Part shown: positions 1-12,204 of the stretch, in pieces
Numbering within the stretch: position 1 is the stretch's first letter
How the letters are laid out: every line of letters begins with the position of its first letter
Assembly: GCA_951406725.2 (NCBI GenBank)
Contig: OX597829.1
Span: 21,266,001-21,330,000 of the forward strand
Direction: 5' to 3'
Source of the DNA: Octopus vulgaris
Taxonomy: Eukaryota
Length of the DNA stretch: 64,000 nucleotides
Made by a program: the position numbers and the translations under genes
The notes under the pieces: model-generated
Database searches by the model: none
What the model was told of the DNA's origin: nothing
What the model saw: only the letters and a program-made list of their open reading frames with translations

Positions 1-1001
1 AAAAGTTGCCAGAGCTTTCTTCTACAATGTTTCTAAGGAGCTTGAGACTGAAGATGGAAAGGAATCACCAGTATCAGAGCATAAAAAGCATTCTAAATGC
101 TCTGAAATCATCAGAACACCAGAATTTATTCAGAAAGTTCAACAGACCATTGATTACAATCCCAGAAAGACCATGAGATGAATTGCAAAAGATCTCCATG
201 TGTCAGAAGGAACAGTCAGAAATGTTTTCCATGAAGAATTCAGATATAAGTCATATATTGATGAGCAAAGGTCAATTTGTCAGAAAAAGCAAAAGAAAAA
301 AAGGGGTTGTCAGTAATATATACAGGCGCAGGAGTGACTGTGTGGTAAATAGCTTGCTAACCAACCACATGGTTCCGGGTTCAGTCCCACTGTGTGGCAT
401 CTTGGGCAAGTGTCTTCTGCTATAGCCCCGGGCCAACCAATGCCTTGTGAGTGGATTTGCCTCCTTACTTCTTTTAATAAGGCCTAGAGATAACTCTGCT
501 GCCTACATTGAGGTCCTGTAAATAGTTGATAAGCTCTGGATAGACAGTGTATGTAATGGAAGGCCATATGTCTTTCAGTATGACTCTGCACTATCACACA
601 TGGCTCTAGTAACACAGGAATGGATGGTTGAAAATTTTCATGATCACATAACCCCTCACATTTGACCTCCTAATTCCCCAGATCTCAATCCATTGAACTA
701 TTACATGTGGAGCATTGTTGAGAGAGAGGTCAATGAACACACCCATAACATTAAAGATTCTTTAGAAGCTGCCATTGTCAGAGTAATGTCCAAAATGAAC
801 CAGGACTGCTTGATTTGAGTATGTAGATGATCTAGATCTCATATACAAGCAGTTGCTGAAGCTGAAGGTTGCTTTATTGAATAACATTATAGAAAAGAAG
901 GTTTATTTTTATTCTCATTGCATTTTTTGATAAATAAAGTTATCTGTTATATATTTGTTTTTTTTATAAACATAAATCTGTTCTCAAATATCTTATGCAC
1001 C

Positions 1002-1003
<2 letters not shown>
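1..1003 (+). mobile_element. Degenerate Tc1/mariner (maT, DD37D) transposon, 3' portion, interrupted by a SINE
   Basis: Manual translation gives the HTH region RTPEFIQKVQQTIDYNPRKTMR*IAKDLHVSEGTVRNV and the catalytic C-terminus YVFQYDSALSH...*PPNSPDLNPLNYYMWS...AEGCFIE*. There are 37 residues between the 2nd D and the 3rd catalytic position (D>N). In-frame stops are present. Probable TIR end ..cttatgcacctg near 1003. Confidence 0.8.
324..460 (+). mobile_element. SINE family A, 5' half only
   Basis: ggcgcaggagtgactgtgtggta...ggttccgggttcagtcccactg head (box A/B-like) shared with the full copies at 25444 and 62750. Confidence 0.85.
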
Positions 1004-1055
<52 letters not shown>

Positions 1056-1639
1056 CACACACACACATGATGATGATGATAAATATATATGTGTGTGTGT
1101 GTGCACACACACACACACATACATAGATAGAATTTCAGAACTCTTCCTCTATAGCTAATTAGGTTGTCAAGGTAACAAAACCTATCTACTACCTCTCAGA
1201 AGCCTCAAAGACATTTGAGAAAATCAAATCACCATGCATCCTTAATGTTTACTGCCCCTCAGCATTTTCTGTATACTAATGCTACTTTGTCTGTCAGCCT
1301 TCTTGTGATTCCACTGCAATTCTTGTGAGTCCATAGATTATGCTGGGCACACCATACTGAATTCCTGCCTACAATGTCACTACATATCGAGAAGTGTCAT
1401 TTATCGTAACTGTTTTAGATAATAATATATGTGACCCCTACTAGGTGTGTTGAGTGCCTTTTTTTTCCGTTTGTCCACTCAACTACATATGTTATGTACT
1501 TACATATCTGTATATGCTAAACATAACCAAATACCATATTAGTATTAAAAAGAAAAACAAGAACAAAATTGTAAATACATTTCTACCAGAGATTCTTAAT
1601 AATCAGTATTATTATTATTATTATTACTATTATTATTAT

Positions 1640-1917
1640 CTTTCAATTCTGTTTCCGTTTCTTGCTGAGTGTCTTCCTGACACCAAGGGCAGAGAAACTC
1701 AATGTATACATTGGTAGGCCATTAAAATAAACACACCAGATTGTTCATTTACAAGGTCATGTAATAGAAAAAAAAGAGGAAGAGAGAGAGAGAGAGAGAA
1801 GAATGAAAAAAGTAAACAAAGAATATAAAAGGGAAAAATGGAAAGCAAATTCACAGAACAATGCTCTTCTCAGTATGTGTGATGTACCAGATAAAGCTAT
1901 CTTTTCCACTTCCTGCA
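1640..1917 (-). mobile_element. 5'-truncated Dong/R4-like LINE 3' end in an (ATT)n tract
   Basis: Minus strand encodes MQEVEKIALSGTSHILRRAL (R4/Dong C-terminal motif), followed by a 3'UTR related to 33856-34031 and 34762-34870. Both flanks are (ATT)n. Confidence 0.7.
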
Positions 1918-1959
1918 TTATTATTATTATTATTATTATTACTACTACTACTATTATTA

Positions 1960-2076
1960 TTTTCTCTTTTCCTTCTTTTTTCAAATTTTCTTCCATTTCT
2001 CCCCGAGCGTTTTCCATACACCTAGGGCAGAGAAGCTCATTCTATGCATTCCCAGATTTCACATGCAAATTCACAG

Positions 2077-2079
<3 letters not shown>
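1960..2079 (-). mobile_element. Dong/R4-like 3'UTR fragment
   Basis: Highly similar to 34762-34873 (ttttccttcttttt..caaattttcttccatttct...tgcattcccagatt...aaattcacaggta). Flanked by (ATT)n. Confidence 0.75.
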
Positions 2080-2106
<27 letters not shown>

Positions 2107-2107
<1 letters not shown>

Positions 2108-2310
2108 GGCAGAATCATTAGCACGCCAGGCAAAAATGCATAGCGGGTATTTCATTTGTCTTCATGTTCAAATACCATCAATGTTGACTTTGCCTTTCAT
2201 CCTTCTGGGGTTGATAAAAATAAGCATCAGTTGAGTCCTGGGAGTCAATATAACCGACTATCCCCGCTCCCAAAATTTCAGGCCTTGTGCCTATAGTAGA
2301 AAGAATCATA
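2107..2310 (+). mobile_element. SINE family B (degenerate)
   Basis: ggcagaatcattagcacgcc...gactttgcctttcatcct...caaaatttcaggccttgtgcctatagtagaaag, as in 5619-5836. Confidence 0.8.
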
Positions 2311-2886
2311 TTTACTATTATTGCTGTTGTTATTATTATTATTATTATTATTACTATTATTATTATTATTATCATTATTATCATTATTATTATTATTGTT
2401 GTTATTATTATTATATAGTAAAGAACATGAAGATCCAGTTGAAATGTATTTTTATGAAGAAAACACTGACTGGCACATATATGGCTGATATCACATGTCT
2501 TTATTATTACCACTTGAAATGCATTAAGTAAAATGATCGATCTGAAAATTAATTAAATCCAACATGTTGAAGAAAAAGTAAAAAGAAAAATGAATAAATA
2601 AATAAATAAACAGACTCTTGATATAATTGATAGCGATAATTTTCTTTTTCTTTTTTCTTTACATAACAAGTGATTTGATTATCTAGGAACTTCATATAAT
2701 ACCTCATTACCATAGAGATTGGGTATGTGTATGTATGTACACACACACACAAGGAAATCTATATTGTTATGCTTTCACTTCACTGTTATTATTGGTAGAA
2801 GATAAAAAAATTAATATTTATTATTACCATTAACAAAAGAATTCATTATCATCATCATCATCATCATCATATATCAATTTTTCTCA

Positions 2887-2920
<34 letters not shown>

Positions 2921-3037
2921 GTTATTATTATCATCATTTATTATTATATGTTTGTTGTCTCTTATTATTGCCACTGTGGTCATCATAGTGGTTTGTCATC
3001 ATCATGAAGGTGGTGAGCTGGCAAAATTGTTACCATA

Positions 3038-3209
3038 GGTGCAGGAGTGGCTATGTGGGTAAGTAGCTTGTTTACCAACCACATGGTTCCGGGTTCAGTC
3101 CCACTGCGTGGCACCTTGGGCAAGTGTCTTCTACTATAGCCTTGGGTCGACCAAAGCCTTGTGAGTGGATTTGGTAGACGGAAACTGAAAGAAACCCATC
3201 ATATGTATG

Positions 3210-3266
<57 letters not shown>

Positions 3267-3501
3267 GTATGTATGTGTGTGTGTGTGTGTGTGTGATTGT
3301 GTGTCTGTGTTTGTCCCCCCAACATAGCTTGACAGCAGATGCAGGTGTGTCTACGTCCCCGTAATTTAGCGGTTCGGCAAAAGAGACCAATAGAATAAGT
3401 ACTAGGCTTACAGAAAATAAGTCCTGGGGTTGATTTGCTAGACTAAAGGTGGTGCTCCAGCATGGCCACAGTCAAAATGACTGAAACAAGTGAAAGAGTA
3501 T
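3038..3501 (+). mobile_element. SINE family A, full length, nested in a family B SINE (3007-3035 plus 3502-3665)
   Basis: tRNA-like head, central (TA)n/(TG)n, tail ggtggtgctccagcatggccacagtcaaaatgactgaaacaagtgaaagagta. The B head precedes it and the B body resumes after it. Confidence 0.9.
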
Positions 3502-3899
3502 ACTGGACAAAATATTTTGCAGCATTTCTTCCAGCTTTATGTTTTGAGTTCAAATATTGCTGAGTTTGACTTCGCTTTTCATTTTTCATCTCTTGGGATT
3601 GATATAACTGGCCTGCCCCTCCCTCTCAAAATCTTCTGGCCCTGGGCCAAAATTTGAAACCATTTGTATTGAGTGAGAGAGCAGCATGTAATCATCAAAG
3701 TAATGCTGAAATGTCATTAAGTGCTCACAGCCTTCTACAAGTCAGGCCATGTGACAGATAGAAGTTCTAAGTTGTCATAATGTGAATTGGTGGTGGTGGT
3801 GGTGGTGGTGATGGTCAAAAGTGATGATGATCTCAGGGAAACTGGTCATCATTGAAAGTCAGCTGTTTTGGCTATTCTGAGTGACTTGCAGGTTAGAGG

Positions 3900-4227
3900 A
3901 TAATTTCCAAGAGTCCCTGGCTTAGCAGTGCAACTGGCCTACATTGCTAATTTAAGACAAACTCTAAAAAAGCACAGAAGAGCTGTCAGTCAGACATGTG
4001 AGAGATGCAGGCAAAGAGAAACAAAACTATTCAGCCATACTCTTGTCCAGTGTATAAATATTACTGATGTTTAGACTTATGTCAAACATTGGCCGTCATT
4101 AGATGAAAGTAAGGATGAGTGTGGTGAGTATAGTATGAATGATAGGTCTACACTAAGCATGTTCCTGTAGAAGGAGCAAGTCAACTGGAAGAGGGTACAG
4201 GCTTTGATTGTCAGGGTACTGCTGTTT
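3900..4227 (+). mobile_element. Degenerate LINE ORF2 C-terminal remnant (L1/Tx1-like cysteine-rich region)
   Basis: Translation SQTCERCRQRETKLFSHTLVQC resembles the Cx2C..E...H...C motif of LINE ORF2. Heavily decayed. Confidence 0.4.
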
Positions 4228-4359
4228 TTGTGGAGTTATTGTATATACACATACATATGTGTGTGTGTGTATGCATCCATCTGCATATATATATATATAT
4301 ATATGCAGATGGATGGACACACACACATATATGTATGTGTATATACAATAACTCCACAA
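4228..4359. repeat. Near-perfect inverted repeat centred on (TA)n
   Basis: ttgtggagttattgtatatacacatacatat...catccatctgcatat / atatgcagatggatg...atatgtatgtgtatatacaataactccacaa. Confidence 0.85.
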
Positions 4360-4695
4360 TATATATATATGCCACTAAATCACTATTGTTCCTGAAAGTG
4401 GCTTTTATACATTCTATGGACTGCTTGAAGCTTACCAACTTCCTACACCTTGATCCATGGATCTTACCTTCACATCCAAAACTCGGAGTTTTATCATGGC
4501 TACCGAATAATTGTTACATATTATATTTACAGATAAATTCCTCTATTTAAGCAATATCAAGGTCACTTTCATTCTTTTGTCTTACCATTTCTATCAATTA
4601 GTATATATGTGTGTGTGTGAGTGTATGTGCGTGTATGTATATATGTGTGTGTGTGTATGTATATATATATGTGTGTGTGTGTTTGTGCATATATA

Positions 4696-5053
4696 TTCTT
4701 TTACTCTTTTACTTGTTTCAGTCATTTGACTGCGGCCATGCTGGAGCACCGCCTTTAATAGAACAAATCGACCCCAGGACTTATTCTTTGTACTTATTCT
4801 ATTGGTCTCTTTTGCCGAACTGCTAAGTTAGAGGGATGTAAACACACTACCATTGGTTGTCAAGCGATGGTGGGGGACAAACAGACACACAAATACTCAT
4901 ATGATGGGTTTCTTTCAGTTTCCGACTACCAAATCCACCTAGATGGCTTTGGTTGGCCTGAGGCTATAATTGAAGACACTTGCCCAAGGTGCCATGCAGT
5001 GGGACTGAACTCAGAGCCATCTGGTTGGGAAGCAAGCTTCTTAGCACACAGCC
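4696..5053 (-). mobile_element. SINE family A
   Basis: Reverse complement of the family A tail (ttcttttactcttttacttgtttcagtcatttgactgcggccatgctggagcaccgcc) through to the head. Confidence 0.88.
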
Positions 5054-5618
5054 AATCATTTAACATCTACTTTTCCATGGCTGGATGCCCTTCATGTTGC
5101 CAACCTTCATCTGCTTCCAAGCAAGGAAATATTTCCCTATCACCAGACATGTTTTTCACAGAATACTGGAAACAAGTAACATCTCTGCCATGATGATGAC
5201 GATGACAATGTGATCCTTGCTTAAGAATATTACATGAGGGCAAGCACATACAATGCCTTCACACAGATGCACATACAAAAGGAGGGGCTTCTAGTTTGCA
5301 TCTATTAAATCCACCACTCACTAGGGTGTGGTTAGCTCAGGGTTATAGTAGAAGACACTTGCCAAGTAGAAACCACATACATCAAATATGGCAGGTTATT
5401 TGGATATTTTTTCATCTACGAAATCCAATTCTGACAACCAAGGTTATAGTAGACATTTGCCTGATGTCATGCAGTGGGATCAAACTCGCCCGGGCCTCCT
5501 TTTACATTATACAAGTGTTGCATTCATGAAAACCTTGTCATTATATGGTATTATGTGTGAGGAGAGAGATAAGAATCAGAAGATGGAGATGGTTATCATC
5601 ATCATCATCATTATGACG

Positions 5619-5836
5619 AAGGCGGCGAGCTGGCAGAATCGTTAGCACGCTGGACAAAATGCTTAGCGGTATTTCGTCCGTTGCTACGTTCCGAGTTCAA
5701 ACTCCACCGAGGTCGACTTTGCCTTTCATCCTTTCGGAGTCGATAAATTAAGCACCAGTCAAGTACTAGGGTCGAGGTGATCGACTATCGCCCTCCACTC
5801 AAATTCCAGGCCTTGTGCCTATAGTAGAAAGGATTA
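5619..5836 (+). mobile_element. SINE family B, full length, tail type i
   Basis: aaggcggcgagctggcagaatcgttagcacg...gagttcaaactcc (box B)...gcctttcatcctttcggagtcgataaattaagcaccagt...ggccttgtgcctatagtagaaaggatta. Confidence 0.88.
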
Positions 5837-6930
5837 TAATAATAATAATAATAATAATTATTATTATTATTATTATTATAGTGATGATGATAATGACGAT
5901 AAAGAAGGAAGAACGAAGATGAAACAGAATTATTTGTATTATGATAATATTAAGATGAGTTAAAGGAATATAAGTCGTCGTCAGTATTTATTTTATCGAT
6001 CTCAGATGAATGAATAAAACAGAAAAAAAAAACAACAACCAAAGTTGACCGGAGCGGGATTTGAAATAAAGATCCAGGCCGAGCGAAGCTAGCAGCAAGC
6101 GCAAACTGGATGTGAAATGTGTATCCCGTTGCTAACTGCTCGTTAAGTATTTAAAAAAATTGGTGCTAAGTACATATGATCTATGTGTGGGTTACAGGTA
6201 GTTACACATAGAGATGTAGTGTACATGTATTTACAAGCAACAACAGAATGGAATAAAAGATTCTGACAATCTGAATACATTAATTAATTACACGTAGAAA
6301 GCAAACAGGTCGTTCTCTTTACAAAAGTAATTTCTCGAAAGGTAGTGCTAATTAAATAAGTACACACACACACACAAATTAATATCCAGTTGAGGGAACG
6401 TTAAGAAATAGCAACAGGAAAAGACAGAGAAATATAAAGGAAGAATAAAAAGAGTGATAACACATTGATAAATGAATGAAATAATTTTTTTTTAAAATGT
6501 ATTCTTAATTTTTATCCTCTAAACAAAACCACCTGACAACGTGAATGCACAGGAAGATAAAAAGAAAAAAAAAACAGAAGAATGAAGAAAAGCTTTCATA
6601 CAGAAAATTAAATTCCCCCCCCCCCAAAAAAAAGGAGTGAAAATAAAAAAGAAGTTTGACCGAGCGAATATCCCTTAAGAAAGATTAAATAATGGCTTTT
6701 GCTCAAATTAATTACTGTGGAGAGTGGGAGGTATAATGTTAGCCATCGTCTCGAGGTGTGGTGCTTTCGGAATGATAAGCGAACAATCTCATGCCATGTG
6801 ACATTGTTTCACGAGCGTGCACACAATACATTCACCATCGTTCGATACACACACTCTCTCTCTTTCTCTACCTGCACACCAGCCTAAACATCCATCCATC
6901 CATCTTTCTTTCTTATTTTATTTTATTTTA

Positions 6931-6976
6931 TCTAGTTTCAGCTCACGAGCTGTGGCCATGCTGGGGCACCGCCATT
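6931..6976 (-). mobile_element. Tail-only LINE/SINE 3' end (46 bp, identical to 49269-49314)
   Basis: Minus strand reads ggcggtgccccagcatggccacagctcgtgagctgaaactaga plus (AAAAT)n. Homologous to the SINE A and 23701-LINE tail. Confidence 0.75.
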
Positions 6977-6983
6977 CTTACTT

Positions 6984-6984
<1 letters not shown>

Positions 6985-7070
<86 letters not shown>

Positions 7071-7169
7071 TTCTGTCTGTCTATCTATCTATCTATCACT
7101 GTCAGTCCATCCATCCATCCATCCGTCCGTCTGTCTATCTGTCTATCTGTCTATCTATCTATCTATCTT

Positions 7170-7207
<38 letters not shown>

Positions 7208-7267
7208 ACTGTCTGTCCGTCCATCCATCCATCCATCCGTCCGTCTGTCTATCCGTCTGTCTATCTG

Positions 7268-7322
<55 letters not shown>

Positions 7323-7412
7323 GTCCGTCCGTCCGTCTGTCTGTCTGTCTGTGTCATGTATGTAAGTGTATGTACGTTGGCATGTATGTATGTATGTATG
7401 TATGTGTGTATG
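6985..7412. repeat. Compound (CTAT)n/(CTGT)n/(CCAT)n/(TATG)n microsatellite
   Basis: Directly visible. Confidence 0.95.
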
Positions 7413-7541
7413 TACCTTATAAGGAGTTTATATAAGAAATACATACATAATACTCTTAATTCATTTTCACGCCAACACACAAGCAGAAACCCCAGATATT
7501 AATTACCCACGCACACTGAGCCAACTGGAGTAAACTATTGA

Positions 7542-7593
<52 letters not shown>

Positions 7594-7979
7594 CATGTAT
7601 GCATAATTTAATATAATATATGTGTGTGTACTGAGAATATTAAATCTAAGGACCTTTCTTAAAAAAACAAACAAAAAAAAAAAACAATAATCAATACAAA
7701 TTGACCTATTTTGCATGTGATTGACTAGGTACTAGTGTACTACATAAATAAATAAAAAACTTGTAGGTGTTAGCCCACAGTTGCATGATAAATAAGATGT
7801 GTATGAGTGTTCCCGTGTGTGTGTGTGTGTGTACCTGTGTGCGCACGTATGTATTCGATATTTGCACGTCTGTTCTGTAAAGGTATATCTATGTGCATGC
7901 ATAGCATCAATAAATACAAAGATCATAATGTTAATCAGGTATGACGATCATTATCTGACAACATTACTGACTGACTCTT

Positions 7980-8770
<791 letters not shown>

Positions 8771-9016
8771 TCTAAATAAGGCTAAGATCGATATTTAAAT
8801 ATCAATCTTATCAAGTGGCCAGCATGGAGATAATAAAATTATGAATTAGGGTATCTGAGAGATACCACCATGCTGAAATAGCAGTCAAAACCTGACCCTA
8901 AAGCCACATTAAATGTTCATAGGAGAGTAGACAGAGAGACAAAATAAACTAGCAAAAAATTTTTACTGTATAATTCCATACATTTATAGATATATAATAT
9001 ATATATACATATATAT

Positions 9017-9238
9017 AAAATAAATATAAGAGAGTGGTCACTATATGGCTCACTCTAGCACTAGTTAATCCAAAAGGTTTCAACCACAAAAATACATGTT
9101 TCCCATGAAAGTCAGTACGAATGTTAGCTAACATTCGTACTGACTTTCATGGGAAACATGTATTTTTGTGGTTGAAACCTTTTGGATTAACTAGTGCTAG
9201 AGTGAGCCATATAGTGACCACTCTCTTATATTTATTTT
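9017..9238. repeat. Perfect 222-bp palindrome with no spacer
   Basis: The 111-bp arms are exact reverse complements about ...atgttag|ctaacat... (centre 9127/9128). Confidence 0.95.
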
Positions 9239-9394
9239 GTAAAAATATTATAATATATTATAAAATATTATAATAATCCAGGTTTCTCGGAGCACTAGGC
9301 CACTTGGTGTTGAATAGATATACTATTAAATTAGTATCTAATTCTCTCACCCTTATTAATTAATTATACATATATATATATATATGTAAATGTT

Positions 9395-9588
9395 TGCCAT
9401 GCTTGATCGCTAAATCTACAAGTTTTTTTCATTCTCTCTCTGTTTATTTTCTCTTATTCCTTTCTGTTGAAGAGCGTTGGCTCGAAACGTAAAAGACTTT
9501 TTCATTTTCCAGAGTGTCAGACTAATACACTTGCTTGCTGTTCACACACCTATCTTTATCTTTCGTTTTTCTATAAATTTCAACTACA
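9395..9588 (+). mobile_element. Short (TA)n-associated repeat family P1 carrying a hammerhead-like motif
   Basis: Homologous to 21850-22196 and to minus-strand copies at 24133-24238, 24301-24500 and 24796-24990. Confidence 0.7.
9460..9495 (+). ncRNA. Minimal type-I hammerhead-like motif (variant core CUGUUGA)
   Basis: cttt-CTGTTGA-a-gagc[gttg]gctc-GAAA-cg-TA-aaag. Stems I and II pair and stem III is the palindromic ACGT. Confidence 0.6.
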
Positions 9589-10123
9589 TATATATATATA
9601 TGTTTTTTCTTTTTTGTTTCTATAAAATAACAACTCCAAAAGAACATAGATTAAATAAATAAAAAGGAAATGTAACCATGACAATAGGTAAACATTTTAA
9701 TGTATCTTTACTAAGAACATATTCAGAAATGTACAAAATAAGGACACTTTTTTTTTTCTCTCTAGAAATATACAAAACAGGATTTGAATATAGACTTAAA
9801 AGGCATTCTTTCATTAGTACCAGCAGATGTAAGAATCAGAACTGTCAGTCACTAATAAATTATCATCAGAATTTCTTCCAGATTGTCATTGTCAACAGAT
9901 TGGGTGGGTAAGGGCGTACATACAAACAGATAAATACACATACATGGACACACACCCACACACACACACGTACTTATATGTATATACACGAGCATATATA
10001 CGAATGCATATTCATTTATATAAAAAGTATATATATGTGTGTGAGAGTATACATCATCAAAAACAAATGCAAACATTATATATATACACACACACACACA
10101 CGTACACGTGTACATGTGTGTGT

Positions 10124-10307
10124 AGGAGTGGCTGTTCGATAAGTAGTGTGCTTACCAACCACATGGTTCCGGGTTCAGTCTAACTGCGTGCCACCTATGG
10201 CAAGTGTCTCCTACTATAGCCTCGGGCCAACAAAAGCTTTGTGAATGGATTTGATGGGCAGAAACTGAAAGAAACCCATCGTATGTGTGTGTGTGTGTGC
10301 GTGTGTG

Positions 10308-10340
<33 letters not shown>

Positions 10341-10555
10341 ATATGCTTGTGTGTCTTTTTGTCCACCCAACATCACTTGACAACTGATGCTGGTGTGTTT
10401 ACATCCCCATAACTTAGCAGTTTGGCAAAAGAGACTGATAGAATAAGTACTATGCTTACAAAAAATAAGTCCTGTATTTGATTTGCTCAACTAAAGGCAG
10501 TGCTCCATCATGGCCACAGTCAAATAAATGAAACTAGTAAAAGAATAAAAGAATA
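10124..10555 (+). mobile_element. SINE family A
   Basis: Head, central (TG)n and tail ...aaagaataaaagaata. Confidence 0.88.
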
Positions 10556-10589
10556 CAAACATACACACATATAATTTATCTCTTAATGT

Positions 10590-11780
10590 TCAAATTCCAC
10601 ACTGGCAAAGGTTGTATGGCTTGACAGGCTCTGACAAGTCCAATGGCAACATTGAGCTCCAGTGTCTGCTTTGGCATGCTTTCTATGGCTGGGTACCCTT
10701 CCCAATGCCAACCACTTCATGGTGTGTGCTGGGTACTTTTTTCCATGGCCTCAGCACTAGTGAGGTTGCCATGACAGCTAACAAGACTTAAGATTCCTTC
10801 GACTGAGCAGAACTACAGAAGAGAGGGAAGTGGTTTTTATGCTAGGAGATGAGAGGTCAAAGTATGAGAGAAGGATCTAAGACAGGATTGGTTTCTAGCA
10901 ATAGTAAAGCAACCAGACTGTACACTTTATAGAAAAGAGAGTGAGAGTGACCAGGTTGCAGCTAGAAAAAGATGAAATAGTGATGTCAGGGTTGATCCTC
11001 AAGATTCAAGATAAGGGTGAGTTGACATGAGTGAGAATGAGAGATGGGAAATGTAGTTGGGTATAAAAGTTGCAACAGTGTATAGGAGAGTGAGAGGGTT
11101 AGAGATGGCTTGAGAATGGGTGGGTGAATATAATGATGAACAGGTGTTGAGGGATAAGCTAGAGGTAAGGTAGGAAAGAGTAGGTTATGACCGTAGGGTG
11201 TTGAGGGGTTGATGTAGTGAATAGTGAATGAGGGGTGGGGGGAGGAGGTTATCAATGATACATTTGAGCTGGGGAAGGTAGGAGAGAGTAGGAGATGGCA
11301 AACAGTGTAGAAAGGAAGGAAGAACAGTGAAATAGTAATAGTGATACAGTAGACAGGAGAAGGACGAAAAAGGATGAAAGAAAAAGAGAGGATGAAAGAA
11401 AGGGAAAGAGATGTGTAATTGGGTAAGGTGCAAGAGTGTGGAGGAGATAGGCTGGCATAGTGCATGAGGAGAATTAGAGATGTAAGGTGGTAGAGAAGAA
11501 GAGATAATTTGATGGTAGAGAAGGGTGATCAATGTAAAATGTGGGTGAGGAGTTGATGGTACAGAAGGATGATCAATGTAAAATGTGGGTGAGGAAGATT
11601 GTCTTAAGAATGAAGGATGTATATTGAGAGAAATAATGTGAAAGACAAGTGATATCGGGGCAAAACTATTGAAGTCTGCAATTCTGCAAACATTTAAATG
11701 CACCAGAAGAATAGTGCAGTTAGTGAGATTTTGGGTGATGGGGAAAGCTTGAGGGGGATATTGGGTGAAGAGATCTAGTT
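10590..11780 (-). mobile_element. Old family E-related repeat with a long purine-rich (+ strand) extension
   Basis: tttctatggctgggtacccttcccaatgccaaccac motif, shared with 14900-15240, 17000-17300 and 18750. Followed by a GA-rich tract, as at 15240-15880 and 17300-18090. Confidence 0.5.
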
Positions 11781-12069
11781 GCACATCAAGATCTACTTGA
11801 AGAGCAGAAAATTAGCCAAAATTATTTGACATTTATGGCACACCGTCTCTTTGTACATACAGCTCAGCATAGGAATTGGATTCATTGTAAACTTATCTTT
11901 AAATTTTTATGTTACATTCGTAATTAGGGCTGCTATCAGCAAAAATTAGGAACCCTCCCTCTATAAGTACCAACCTTTTAGCAATACTGTCTGCAGTCAA
12001 GAGTTGGTGGAATTGCCATGTTCTCATCTATTTGCAGTTTGCTTCATTTCTAACAGTACCAGTCCCTTA

Positions 12070-12198
12070 CACAGTTTCATCAACATTGCATACTTGCAAT
12101 CAATCTGTCCAGCTGCTCAGGATAATTAGGAGTAGCTTCTGCATCAGAACTGGCAGCTTCACCAGTGAATTCTTATATTGTGCAAATTACAAACCATT
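12070..12198 (-). mobile_element. pogo/Tigger transposase remnant
   Basis: Frameshifted minus-strand translation NLHNIRI/TGEAASSDAEATPNYPEQLDRLI/QVCNVDET resembles Tigger (GEAASAD..NxDET). Confidence 0.55.
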
Positions 12199-12204
12199 CT
12201 CCAC

